A DNA stretch of 36,374 nt. Origin: Neoconidiobolus thromboides FSU 785. Taxonomy: Eukaryota; Fungi; Entomophthoromycota. The stretch spans positions 1-36,374 of the forward strand of contig MU626452.1 of NCBI GenBank assembly GCA_025603075.1. Direction: 5' to 3'. The notes under the pieces were generated by a model. It had not been told where the DNA came from. It ran no database searches and saw nothing but the letters and a program-made list of their open reading frames with translations. Position 1 is the stretch's first letter. Every line of letters starts with the position of its first letter. Below are positions 1-12,486 of the stretch, in pieces. Position numbers and translations under genes: made by a program.

Positions 1-27
1 AGTTAGATAAGTTAGATAAGTTAGATT
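1..27. repeat. Short tandem repeat (AGTTAGATA) x about 3 at the window edge
   Basis: Directly visible: agttagata agttagata agttagatt. Confidence 0.7.
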
Positions 28-760
28 TAACTTTTGAAGCTGCATGTAAGAATAGTAAATTAAACGATCTATTGCTAGAAGAGATAAAAAGTAATTGTGA
101 GAAAGCTGGTTTTGCTAGGTACTTATTATTTTATGTCCATTATTTTATACTAAGTACTTTAGATTTGAAATCCCTAAGTATATTCATATTCACCCTACTC
201 CATTCACTCTAGAAAATGGACTTTTAAATGATACGTAAGCTACATAATAATAATGATAAGATAGATATTAAACTAATATTATTCTAGCTTTAAAATCAAA
301 CGTAAAGCAGTGAAAGAAGAATTTCTCCCCATTTTTGAAAGCTTCTATAGATAAAGTTATCTATTATAATTTCTATTAGTTATTTTAATACGAAAATAAA
401 TCCAAAATTAAAATTCATAATATCAGACTTTATAATATCAGTATTATAACAGTAAGTTGGGATATTATAGTATCAGAGAAAAATTGAGTTCTTAAAAATT
501 GCCTTGCCTTGCATAAAATAAAACTAATAACAAATTTTTAGCACACAACCTAAAGCTCTTTGATATTTTTATTTAAACACGTTGATTAATATTGATGTCA
601 GTGTTAGGTTAAGGGTAAGTTTTCTAAATATTCACTAGCAGATTTTATTCCATTATAAAATCGATTTTTTATCAAAAATTTCCAAGGTTATCCAATCAAA
701 ACCCATATTTCAATTTAATTTAATTTAATTTAATTTTAAACCTAACCATACTAAAACGAA

Positions 761-1869
761 ATGAATAATTTAGATAGTTCTAATATAAGGTAGAAACAGG
801 AACTATAACGTATACTAGTGGACAAATTTCAAAATGTAAGATATTGTATAGAAAAAAGGGATAATAAAGGACAATTGTTTGTGTTAAATTTAAAAAGGAA
901 TAAAACCATTTGTCAATGCTGCGGAGCGGGACATACGGAATATGATCAATCCTCAGTAAAAGATATTTATTAGTCTGCTAAATCTTTTTGTATTAGAAAT
1001 AAAACTTTATTAGATTTCCACAATAATGAATTCAAAATCACATTCACACTTAGGATTTTAGACATAGAAAATAAGGAATGGTGTAATGGATATTTCATCA
1101 AAGAACTTTATTAATTATGGCTTTTTAAAGAAAAATAATATAAATATCATCAAGACTATGATTATTTAGAAGATGAGAGTATTTTGAATAAGTTTTGTTT
1201 TGTTGAGTCGTTTATATATTTACCAGGTATACTAACAGAAATAGTATCCTTTAATATCCAAACTAAAGAAATGAAGACAATTCATCAATTAGAAAAAGGT
1301 AGTATAAAATTATAATTCGTTAAAAGTAATAAATTATATGGGGATGTTTTTTTTGGCTTCATACTTTTTCCATTTTTTAAGCGCTATTTGAGCGGAAAAA
1401 TTAGTAGTAAAATTCTTAAACAAAAAAATATATCCTCATGTTTTTAAGAGATTAAAAGAGTTGTCATCCTTACCCACTGATGTCACTAAATTACATATAT
1501 TGTTTGACTTCTCATAATGTAAATGAAAGTAGATAAATATAAGAAATAAGTAGAAATAATGATACTGATAACAGTTCGTTAATTGAAGGAATTAATAGAG
1601 CTATTGTAGCAATATCAACTTTGATATCTTTATTATATAAATACAAGATAAAAAATAATAGGGCTCCAAGCATGATTACTGGTCCTATTATTATCAGACC
1701 AATTAATCCTTTAGATAGTAATAACGGCTACTATAATAACAAAGTTTCTAGTCATTCTTACGAGCTTGAAGGTGATGATATTCATACAATGTCTAAGAGG
1801 TTGTATATTAAAGCTATAAGAAATATGAGTATAAGCAAAGACAAAAAACAAAGTCAATGGACTACATGA
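761..1869 (+). pseudogene. Decayed two-exon gene of unknown function
   Basis: One frame runs from ATG 761 to a GT donor at 1299 (179 codons) with 5 internal stops (791 TAG, 806 TAA, 971 TAG, 1112 TAA, 1136 TAA). The intron contains a MITE. Exon 2 (about 1451-1869) has 3 more TAA and ends in TGA; the listed ORF 1621..1869 is its tail. No frameshift is needed. Confidence 0.6.
1340..1437 (+). mobile_element. MITE copy A (98 bp)
   Basis: GGGGATGTTTT...ATATATCCTC, flanks ATAT/ATGT, core shared with nine other copies. Confidence 0.9.
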
Positions 1870-2867
1870 CTTTAAATAATAACCATCAGTAAAAAGTATT
1901 TTATAAAGGCATAAGATCATTTTATCTTGGAAAATCAATTTTAGTATCATTATTTCAATTTTCATAACACTTTAAATTAATCCTCGATTTCTTATAATTG
2001 TAGAATTACAGCAGTATAAATAGTTAGTAGTTGAATCTAACATACATATGAGCATTTAAAGTAAATAAAGATATTTAAACTATAAAATGGTTTTAATGAT
2101 TGGTTTTAATTTTTTAACATCATCTTGGAATCACACTAAACCTATTTTCATTTTGTTATAATCTATATCCCAGAATTTAGAAACATTTGTTTAAATCAAA
2201 TATTTATTTTAAGACTTAAATTTATAAGCTGTTACATTTGAATAATTTTTTTGGTGCTATATCTGATATTAAAAATTATACATTTAGCAAAATTAATTAA
2301 CAACCATCTTTAATAAACAATAAATATGAAACAAATTAGAATAATGCCTTAAACATTTATAGAATAAACCTTAAAAAGGCTTTAAATAGTAGCATTTGTG
2401 TTAAGATGATAAATTTTAATTGTTATTGTAAAAACGATAAGTATATCAATTGAATGTACCATTTCCTAGTAATGCTAACAGAAAGCAACTCTTGAGTTTT
2501 ATCTCTTTTCAAATAGCAGCTATGTCAATTTTTATAATTAGTTATTGATATTACCTTTAGTATATTCGAGTAAAAAAGAAGAAAATAACTTTTATTTGAT
2601 AACTGTCCACTGTTAGCAGTCCATAAATTCAATGATTTATTATGAATTCTTAAATAACTATATCTTCATAAAAAATGTTTCTACCTATGCTTTTTGAAAC
2701 TAAAACCAGAACATCATTTTATATTTTTTGTGAGACTATTAGCATGCTTATTTTAATTCAAAATACTCTGTAATATAGAAACCAAAAATAACATAAAGTC
2801 CGTAGTTTAAATTAAAATTAAAATTTCAAAATCAGATATTAAAAATTAAAGCTATATTTTAACTTAT

Positions 2868-4698
2868 TTAATCTATAATTGCTTCTCCCTTTTTAGCAAC
2901 TAAATAAGTAAAATTAGCGTACAAATAAACAAAAAAACTAAAATAAATTTACCATTTTTCTCCACCTTAATAGCTGCGGACACCTCACACTCTTTAAGGT
3001 TAGCTTTTTCCATAATCACTGCATTTGAGCAAACAATACAATTTTCTAATTTCACACTAATAAAGTATTAGAAGCTAAATATCTCTATTATTTAAATTTC
3101 ATAATACTTACTTATCTTCTATCACTACATGATCCATAATGATAGTATTAGCAATTTTAACTTGTTTCCCAATAGTGCAATGCGCGCCAATAATGGATTT
3201 TTTAATTGAAGTACGCTCACTTAATTTAGTTCCGGTGCCTACCACAGAGTCTGGTCCAATCTAAATCTGAATCAATACATAAAATCAACATTACTATTCT
3301 TGTTTACTTGTGCAGTAGTTTCCTTTTCAACAGATCCTGGTATTCTTTCTTCTGGAGATAAGAACTTAGCAAACTAAGAAAAAGAGTTAGGAAACCCGTC
3401 TATAAAAACTATCTTTTTAGTTACCTGTCTATTCAAATCAAAATAAGAAGGTATGCTATCCAATTTGCCATGGATCCCTGTTTTTTGTGTTATAATATTA
3501 CAATTAATTTTATCCTCGCTTTGTGCAACATATTCACTATTCTTTCCAGATGAAGTGATATATTGATTGACTAATGGATCTAATAATGGGGGCTTGCTTG
3601 AAATACCTAAACAACATTACTAAATAAAAACAATTAAACTTATAAACATACATTTAATTAAATCATCATATGCATTCAAATTGTTTCTTGATTGTAATTT
3701 AACTAATAGCGGTATCAAATCATCGCAGATAGTAGTTAACGAATTATTATTCGAAATAAAATCTAGGATCCAAGGCGAGAAGATATATAAATCTGAGTTG
3801 TATAAGTTTTTGTAAAAATTAACCCTTGGATATCTACTTCATTTAGTAATTTCTTACAAATAGTATATAGTATTACTTATTCAATAAGGACATCTTAATT
3901 GTTAGATCATCCTCACTGCTATGCTTCTTATTATATACCCAAAGTCCTAAGTTTGGTTCAATACCAATTATATTTGGATGAACTAAATAGATAAACTACA
4001 GCAATAACAATATTGAAATAACTTACCATGTTCACTACTATTTGACTCGATCTTACTATTTTCATAAAAGTATGAAGTCATTAATGGTAATCTTTTAGAA
4101 TGTTCATTTAAAATATTGGTCAATGGTACATCACAAATAAAACTAGTTCCAAACACCAAAAAGTTACCCTAAAAGGTATTTAAGTTTATAATGAATAAAT
4201 AGGCATATACCATAAACTACTTATAACTTTACTTACATTGATCTTATGCTTTAACATCGATAATGCTTGGACTGATTTAACACTGACGTCAACCGGGTAT
4301 AATTCTACTTTTACAGGTCCTTGGTAAACTTTTGTTAAATAGTGGGTCAATTGGGCTTCTGCTTGTAAGTTGGCACTAGGTGATAGTACGAGTATGACCT
4401 CTATTGTAAACAAAATAATGTTAAACTAAATTAGTTCAAAATTTTAGACTAACCTTTTATATTTCCTTTTTCCAACCAGTTTAAAATATAGTGCAAAGCA
4501 GGCTGATTAGCTATTGGTAATAAAGTTGATGGTACACCCCTTGTAAGAGCACTTATTTTGGATCTATGATAATGAGGATGAGAGATATATTGATCTTTGA
4601 TTTAATTACTTGTACTCATCTTCTGAAAATATAACAGCTTGATAAGGGGCTGGCACTTTACCAGTATGTGGTTTATTGATAGCGTCGGAAAAAAACAT
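2868..4698 (-). CDS. GCD1: Translation initiation factor eIF2B gamma subunit (multi-exon)
   Basis: Hand-spliced protein: YQAVIF...LLPIANQPALHYILNWLEKG (nucleotidyltransferase-like N-terminus), KMSLLNKYPRV...DLYIFSPWILD, and C-terminal left-handed beta-helix repeats IGPDSVVGTGTKLSERTSIKKSIIGAHCTIGKQVKIANTIIMDHVVIEDNVKLENCIVC. About 9 GT-AG introns. Confidence 0.9.
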
Positions 4699-5290
4699 TG
4701 GTTATTAAATGGATCAAAGATTTGAGTTCGAATTTTTAACTTCGAATCTAAATTTATTGCAAAATCATAGTAATAGATTTTGGTAAAAAAATAGTTGTGA
4801 TTTTAATATAGTCTAAAAACAATTTATAGTTAAAATATTCAAAGTAGATAAAGCAATATAAAAATATAATTGTATTTTCAATATGTCAAAATTTATTGAA
4901 TTAAAAACACAGCTTTACTAGTAAATCAATCTTAATAATAGCCTTAATTAGATGGATATGGATTTTATTAATTTATCTTTGTAATGAAATTATTATTTTA
5001 TTTTTTAAACTAAAAACCTTGACAGATATCACGCTTCAGTACCATGTAATATAAGCTTCTAATTTATATATAAAAAATCTTTCCAATATAATAAAATCAA
5101 ATATATCATGCTATAATACTATTCAATGGTCATATTAAAATTAAATCTAATTTTCATAGTCAAAAATCCAGCCTAAAAGAGCTGCAAAACATTTTCAATA
5201 AGTCCAAGCTGCAAAAAACCTTGATGACGTTCAAAATCCAAGCAAACTAAAAACCTAGCAACAGTAACTTTAACCTTTTAATTTTCTAAA

Positions 5291-5868
5291 ATGAATACAT
5301 TAAGTTTAAACCATGACAGTCAACAAGACTTAATAATGAATGAAAAATCACTTGCATCCACTTGTAATGAATTTGGTGTCCATGATACCCTTCGATTTGG
5401 CATGCGTTCCATTGCTAACGAATTAGTATCTAATCACCCATTAGAACAACGTTTGGCTCAGGTAAAGATTGTTTCAGATAAAAATGCAGAATAATGCTTA
5501 TCATTTTAAAACTTAGTGGGGAGAAACCGAAATGAATATGAAAAATCAATTACACCGTAAAGTTTATGGGCTACACGCACCATTGCGTACATTGATGGAA
5601 AGAGATATATTATCAAAAGTAAATCTATTATTTAAAATAAAGAGCATTATTAATGGAATTTTTAGTTGCATCATAATCCATTATCAAAATACAGTAATAT
5701 CGCCTTAGATGTATTTGATGGTAAAGACGAAACCATTGATTTTGAAGATTTCTTAAATGGTAAATAATTTTTTGGTTGAATAGATGATTTGAATTAATTG
5801 CTTTTTTAGATCCTGACTTTTCTAGTAATATGTATGATATTCATTCCACTTTAGAAAAGCATTTGTAA
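5291..5868 (+). CDS. UMP1: Proteasome maturation factor UMP1/POMP (4 exons: 5291-5461, 5517-5618, 5666-5759, 5810-5868)
   Basis: HPLEQRLAQW, VYGLHAPLRTLMERDIL and LDVFDGKDETIDFEDFLN match the UMP1 family pattern; exon phases join cleanly. Confidence 0.92.
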
Positions 5869-6296
5869 TTTTTCAATAAATGGAGTTAATTATAAAGTAA
5901 AAAAAAATCATTAGAGCATTTTTACGAATTTAAGGAATGATTTAATTAATTTGAATCAGTAATATAGAAAGAGAATTTTTAACCACAATTTGTCTTTAAA
6001 CTGTACTAGATTTGTTTAATATTTTTTATTATATGTTTAGGTTTGAAAAGCATAATAGGTAAAACAAATAGCCTTTTTAAGGTTTTCTTTTATAAATAAA
6101 CTATATTATTAATAAACTGTTATGTTGGATTAAGTTAACCCCTTTAATGCCTTAACTTGCAAAAAAGTTCATATAATTTTAATGTAATCCTTATTTATCT
6201 ATAAACTTTACTTTTAAAGTCCTTAGAACGCTACAATCAGAAATCATGCTCTCTTTTCAAAAATAATATGGAAATATACTATATAATAAACAATAT

Positions 6297-6394
6297 GAGG
6301 ATGTATTTTTATGTTTAAGAATTTTACTAATAATTATTCCGCTCAAATAGTGCTTAAAGGATGGGAAAAGTAATGAAGCCAAAAAAACATCCCT
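6297..6394 (-). mobile_element. MITE copy B (98 bp)
   Basis: Reverse-oriented copy with a perfect ATAT/ATAT duplication. Confidence 0.9.
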
Positions 6395-6497
6395 ATATGG
6401 TTATTCGTTATATTATAATATAATATTTTATTAAAAATAAATACATTAATAGCTTATAACTCAATGAATATTTTCATCTTTTAAATCCATAAATAGC

Positions 6498-7082
6498 TTA
6501 TTCGATTTTAAAAAGATAGGCAAAGCAAATAAATTCAGGTAGTAGGATAGGAGGGAGTTGACCGATTAAACAAATTTGAGAGCACCGCCAACTAAACCTA
6601 AACCTATAAGAGAGCTAATAAATAGCTTATCTACATTTGAAACTATAGAACATGTTGCCCAGGGAATGGACCATTCTTGATCCTTGTGAGGTTTTTTTTA
6701 CAATAATATTTTAAAGCTAAATCATTACTTGTAAATTATATCCTTCGACCCTGTTCTCTGTGGCTAGAACTAATTTTGTTTAATCGATATAATATCTAAA
6801 ATATAGTTCTTGGATGTACTTATTATTATCATCATCCCAATGTTTAATAACTGCTCTTAAGATGTGATGTTGGTAAGTCTATACATTGACAATAAGTATA
6901 ATGCCAAGATCGAAATTACTATATTTTATAATACCCTCATTCGATATTTTAAGTGTGACTCCACAAGTTATAGCGTAATTGAGATAACCTTCTAACAAAT
7001 TTAGAATTTTCGATTTTATAAGTTCGAAATCTCGTTCAATATTGCTATATAGATAACACTGATACTTTTTTTTTGCGAATAT
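6498..7082 (-). pseudogene. Decayed reading frame of unknown function, divergent from LeuRS
   Basis: About 194 codons in one frame (YQCYLYSNIERDFELIKSKILNLLEGYLNYAITCG...LRAVIKHWDDDNNKYIQELYFRYY) with 6 internal stops, all TAA or TAG. Confidence 0.5.
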
Positions 7083-7223
7083 TTATTTTAATTATAAAAA
7101 ATAAGTATGACTAATCTTTTAATTCTATTCAATTAGCCAATCATTTTAACCAATCCCTTTGATTTCAAGAATATAAGGAAAGTATCAAAATCCATTAAAA
7201 CCTTGTTTATAAAAAATCGAAAA

Positions 7224-10200
7224 ATGGCAGCAAGTGTACAAAAAGAGGTAATTTTATTCCTTTGATCTCTCACCCTTCTAACCCCTTTTTAGTTTCGTAA
7301 GCGCGATTTCCTTCGTAGCTTAGAGGAACCAGCCCAATCTCGATGGTCTAAAGAAAAATTATTTGAAGCTGAAGTGAAACCTGGTAAAAAAAAGTTTTTT
7401 GCTACTTTCCCTTATCCTTATATGAATGGTCGTCTTCATTTGGGTCATGCCTTTACTTTTACTAAAGTGGAATTCGCTATGGGTTATCAACGTCTTCAAG
7501 GTAAAGAGTGTTTATTCCCTTTTGGTTTACATTGCACTGGTATGCCAATTAAGGTAAGTAGAGAAAATGTAGGTTAAGGAAGTAAAGCTTATATCTTTTA
7601 ATAGGCTTGCGCTGATAAATTAGCTAGAGAAATTGAAATGTTTGGCACTAATTTTGAACTTCCAAAAGGTATTTTTAGAAATTTTATTAGTAATATTTAT
7701 TAATGATCCTAGTCACAGAGTCTTTAGAAAACTTGGAAGTTACTGAAGCTAAAGATAGTCCAAAAAAAGTAATTGAATTGATACTTAATAGGAAAATAAA
7801 TAAATTAACCTTAAATAGCCTGGAAAAGTAGCTGCTAAATCCACTGGGGCTACATACCAATTTCAAATTATGCAATCCCTTGGTGTACCAACTCAAGAAA
7901 TTGCCAAATTTGCTGATCCTATGCATTGGTTAACTTATTTTCCTCCACATGCCATTGTAACTATAATTCTTTAATATTATAACATTCTTTAATTGTTTTC
8001 TTATTTTTAGGGAGATGTTAAGTCTTTAGGTTGTAGAGTTGACTGGCGTCGTTCATTCGTTACCACCGATGCTAATCCATTTTATGATTCTTTTGCGCGT
8101 TGGCAATTTAACAAATTGAAGTCCATTGAAAAGATTAAATTCGGTGAAAGATACACTATCTTTTCACCACTTGATGGACAGCCTTGCATGGATCATGATC
8201 GTTCTTCTGGTGAAGGTGTAGGACCACAAGAATATACAGCTATCAAAATTCAAGTAACCAAATGGACCGAAGCTAGTAAAAAAATAGTTGAAGCTGAACC
8301 AAAGTTAGCTGGTAAAAAAATATTTTTAGTAGCAGCTACTTTACGCCCAGAAACTATGTATGGGCAAACTAATTGTTTTGTTGGTGTTAATCTTAAATAT
8401 GGAGCTTATGAATTCAAAGATGATGAAGTTTATATAATTACTGAACGTGCAGCTAGAAATATGGCCTTCCAAGGATTAACCAAAGTTAAAGGAGAATTCC
8501 CTAAATTAGCAGATTTTATTGGTAGTGATCTTGTTGGATGTAAAGTTAATGCACCATTATCAAAACATGAGCAAGTTTATGTACTCCCAATGGAAAATGT
8601 ATTAGCTAATAAAGGTACTGGTATCGTTACTTCCGTTCCAAGTGATTCTCCAGATGATTATATTACAGTACAAGATCTTATTAAAAAAGCAGCTTACTAT
8701 AAAATTCAAACAGAATGGATTGAGCCTTTTGCTCCAATTCCAGTAATTAAAACTGAACAATATGGTGATCTTACTGCTCCTGCTGTATGTGCTGAACTTA
8801 AAATTGTGTCTCAAAAGGATCGTGATTCTTTAGCTAAAGCTAAAGAAATTGCTTATAAAGAAGGATTTTATAATGGTATTATGATTATTGGGGAGTACAG
8901 TGGTAAAACAGTACAAGAAGCTAAACCATTAGTCAAACAATTATTAATTGAACAGAAACTTGGATTTAATTATTGTGAACCAGAAAAGAATGTAGTGTCT
9001 CGTTCTGGAGATGATTGTGTAGTTGCACTTTGTGATCAATGGTATTTAGATTATGGAGAAGAAAAATGGTTAGAACAGGCTAAAAAATGTTTATCTCAAT
9101 TAAATACACATGGTGAAGAAGCAAGACATAGCTTTGAATCCACTTTAAATTGGTTAAATCAATGGGCTTGTGCTCGTTCTTATGGTTTAGGATCTAAAGT
9201 ACCTTGGGATGAATCCTTTTTAATTGAGTCTTTATCCGATTCTACTATTTATATGGCTTATTATACAATTGCTCATTATTTACAAGGTAATACTTTAGAT
9301 TCTTCTAAACCAAATGAGTTACAAATTACTGTAAATCAAATGACGGATGAAGTTTGGGATTATATTCTTTTAGATGGGCCAAAACCCCAATCTTCTTCTA
9401 TTTCGATAGAAAAATTAGATCTTCTCAAATCTTCTTTAGATTATTTTTATCCACTTGATCTTCGTGTATCTGGAAAAGATCTTATTCCAAACCATTTAAC
9501 TTTCTGTATTTATAATCATGTTGCTTTATTTAAAGAAGAAAAATGGCCACAAGCTTTTAGAGCTAATGGTCATTTGCTTCTTAATGGAGATAAGATGTCT
9601 AAAAGTACTGGTAATTTCATGACAGTAAGTGATTCTGTAAGTAAATATGGTGCTGATGCTACACGTATTGCATTAGCTGATGCTGGCGATTCAATTGAAG
9701 ATGCCAATTTTGATGAAAAGACAGCTGACACTGCTATTTTACGTTTATACACTTTGTTAGAATGGATTGAAGAAGTATTGGCTAAGCCAGAAAACTTAAG
9801 AAAAGGACCAAAGGACTCATTCCATGATACTGTATTCGAAAATGAAATGAATCAATTAATTCAATTAACCGAAGCTGCTTATGAAAGTATGTCATTTAGA
9901 GAAGCTTTGAAGAATGGCTATTATGAATTACAAATTGCTAGAGATATTTATAGAGAGGCTTCAATTGAAGAAGGTATGCATTATGATCTTGTTATGCGAT
10001 TTATTGAAGTACAAGCACTTTTAATTGCTCCATTTGCTCCCCATTATTGTGAACATTTATGGGGTACCATTCTTAAAAAAGAAGAATCTATTCAACTTGC
10101 TTCATGGCCACAAATCAGCACCCCTATTGATGATAGCGTTTTGAAATCTGCTGAATATTTACGTAAAACAATTAAGAAAGTAAGAGATCAAGAAATTACT

Positions 10201-10668
10201 TCACAAAAGAAAGGAAAGAAAGGAAAAGCAGCTGTTGCCTTTGATCCAAGTAAACCAAAATCTTTAACTCTATATATTGCTTCTACTTTCCCTGATTGGC
10301 AAGAAAAAGTTATTGGTATACAAAAACAATATTATAATGAATCAACGAAAACATTTGATGATGTTGCTTTAAGACAGGCTTTAACTGAGGCTAAATTAAT
10401 GGCAGATAAAAAAGTGATGCCTTTCGTTAATGAAATTAAAAAGAGAGTTATTGCTAATGGTTCGAATGCTTTTAATAGAGCTTTAACTTTTGATGAAGAG
10501 AATACAATTAGGAGAAATGAAAGTTATATTAAAAGAAATTTAGGTTATCAAGAACTTCAAATTGTTGTTTTACCTAATCATCCAGATGCTGCTTACTTTG
10601 AAAACTTACCTAATGCTGCTCAAACTTCTTTACCTGGGGAACCTAGTGCTGCTTTGGTTAATCTCTAA
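7224..10668 (+). CDS. CDC60: Cytosolic leucyl-tRNA synthetase
   Basis: [17 protein letters not shown] (HIGH motif), CP1 editing domain ([21 protein letters not shown]), GKDLIPNHL and KMSKS. Five 5' introns, then one exon of about 2.66 kb. Confidence 0.98.
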
Positions 10669-10913
10669 ATTAATCAAATAGAAAAATAAATTGATTTGTA
10701 ATCTATCTTCATGTTACCGTTTTTTACATTTGAGTTTTATAATTAAGATTTGAATAATGAATAAAATTACTACAATTTAACTTTTATTGTAGAATAAATA
10801 AGCGCTATTGATACAACTCGTTAGATAAATTAAATGTTAGTACAGCCGGAGGAACGGGAATCAACTCACATGTTCATATATTTTAATTACTTTGACATCA
10901 ATTTATACAATTT

Positions 10914-11011
10914 GGGAATGTTTTTTTGGCTTCATTACTTTTTCCATCTTTTAAGTGCTACTTGCGTGGAAAAATTGTTAGTAAAATTCTTAAATACAAA
11001 AATACATCCCC
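10914..11011 (+). mobile_element. MITE copy C (98 bp)
   Basis: Perfect ATTT/ATTT duplication. Confidence 0.9.
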
Positions 11012-11811
11012 ATTTAATAGATTATTTTATTATAAATCAAACTTTTAATACCTATTTTATCATTTTTGTAAATAATTTTGTATTCCTCATTTAAATTACT
11101 ATTATGTATTCTAATATAAATATGTTTAATGAAGTTTTCAAATCCAATTGGTAGATTCATATCAAACTTTATGTAGCTTTGTTTAACTTGGATCTCGAAT
11201 TTTACTTTAATTAAAATATATTTATTAGTTTTGGTAAAGGCGAATCTATAAACTTAGAATTCCGATTGATTAATTTTGTTTTTGAACTTCAGTTTTTTCA
11301 TCCTCTTCTTGAATTTGTTAAAAACCCTGTTAATTTTCAAGCCCAAAAGCAAAAGCAATGCGACGGAGCGCCGCATTACCTACTCATACTAAATAAAAGA
11401 GGATTTCAATAAATAATTTAATTACCTATTAACATATATTGATCTTTAATAGTACTACAGAACCCATCTTGATCTAAAAGGCCTAAACTCAAAGTTATAC
11501 TTACTAGTAGTGATGTATTAAATGAAATTACCTTGGACACGAGCACATTCTCTAACAGACAAAACTCCAAGTTCGTGAAAATGTATAGGATTACACTAAC
11601 AATAAATATTTGCTATTTCATATAAAAATATACTAATTATTCTAGCCATTGGATGAATATTAGTTGTAATTGTATTTGATTCAGCTCTTTTATAATTTCT
11701 TGGAAGCTTATTTTTCATCCATCAAATCTTTAAAGAATTGGTAACTCACCCTAAATAATCAATTGTTAACATATATTATTAACATTCTATTGTTCTATTA
11801 AAATTGCAAAA

Positions 11812-11892
11812 GTTTCATTATTTTTTCCATCTTTTAAGTACCATTGAGTGGAAAAATTGTTAGTAAAATTCTTAAACACAAAGATACATCCC
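11812..11892 (+). mobile_element. MITE copy D (left end missing)
   Basis: Core and right terminus ATACATCCC are present; lies in the presumed intron of the methyltransferase remnant. Confidence 0.8.
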
Positions 11893-12450
11893 ATATAATA
11901 TTAAAAAAGCATCAAAAGTTTACAATTTAAATCGTCAAAAAATGATGTGATTGCCTTGTTTTAGCCAACAACTAAACAAAATAGATAAATAAATAACAAT
12001 TGTAAGTAAAATAATAATAATTTATGTTAAACCATTTATCAATCGAACTCCTCATATAAATTCATCATAAAATACTTGAAACCTTTCACTAAAAGTTTAT
12101 AACATTACTCAACGATCATTTTAGTTTAACGATTGAATTAATACATAAAAGCTCGATTGAGAATGGATTCAGTAACTTTATAATTAACTTTTAAATTCTA
12201 AACCAACTGGTTTATCTATTATTAGTCCGTTTAGATCGACAAGCTATTTGCCTTTGTATCTTCTTGATTTAAAGAGCCTGTAAATTGAATTCTATCAAGT
12301 GCTCCACTACTTAGGTTGGTAACTTTATTATCACTATTCCAGAATTCAAAGTTGTATAAATAAAATATTTTACAACTTATCTTCGTATTAAAGTTATTCT
12401 CATTCTATGTTAATTTATGAATCAATAATAATAAAATTAAACCATTCGCT

Positions 12451-12486
12451 TTCAACAATTCAACAATTCAACAATTCAACAATTCA
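12451..12486. repeat. Microsatellite (TTCAACAA) x4.5
   Basis: Directly visible. Confidence 0.9.

Noticed and set aside
2355-6100. About 28 bp inverted similarity (AGCCTTTTTAAGGTTT...TATAAAT) between about 2360-2385 and 6070-6097
   Set aside because: Too short and AT-rich to support a second repeat family from two copies.
10834-11094. 86-aa ORF
   Set aside because: Reads through MITE C and AT-rich flanks; no protein signature.
11104-11750. Plus-strand frame with low stop density
   Set aside because: Overlaps the minus-strand methyltransferase exons, which have real motif and splice support.
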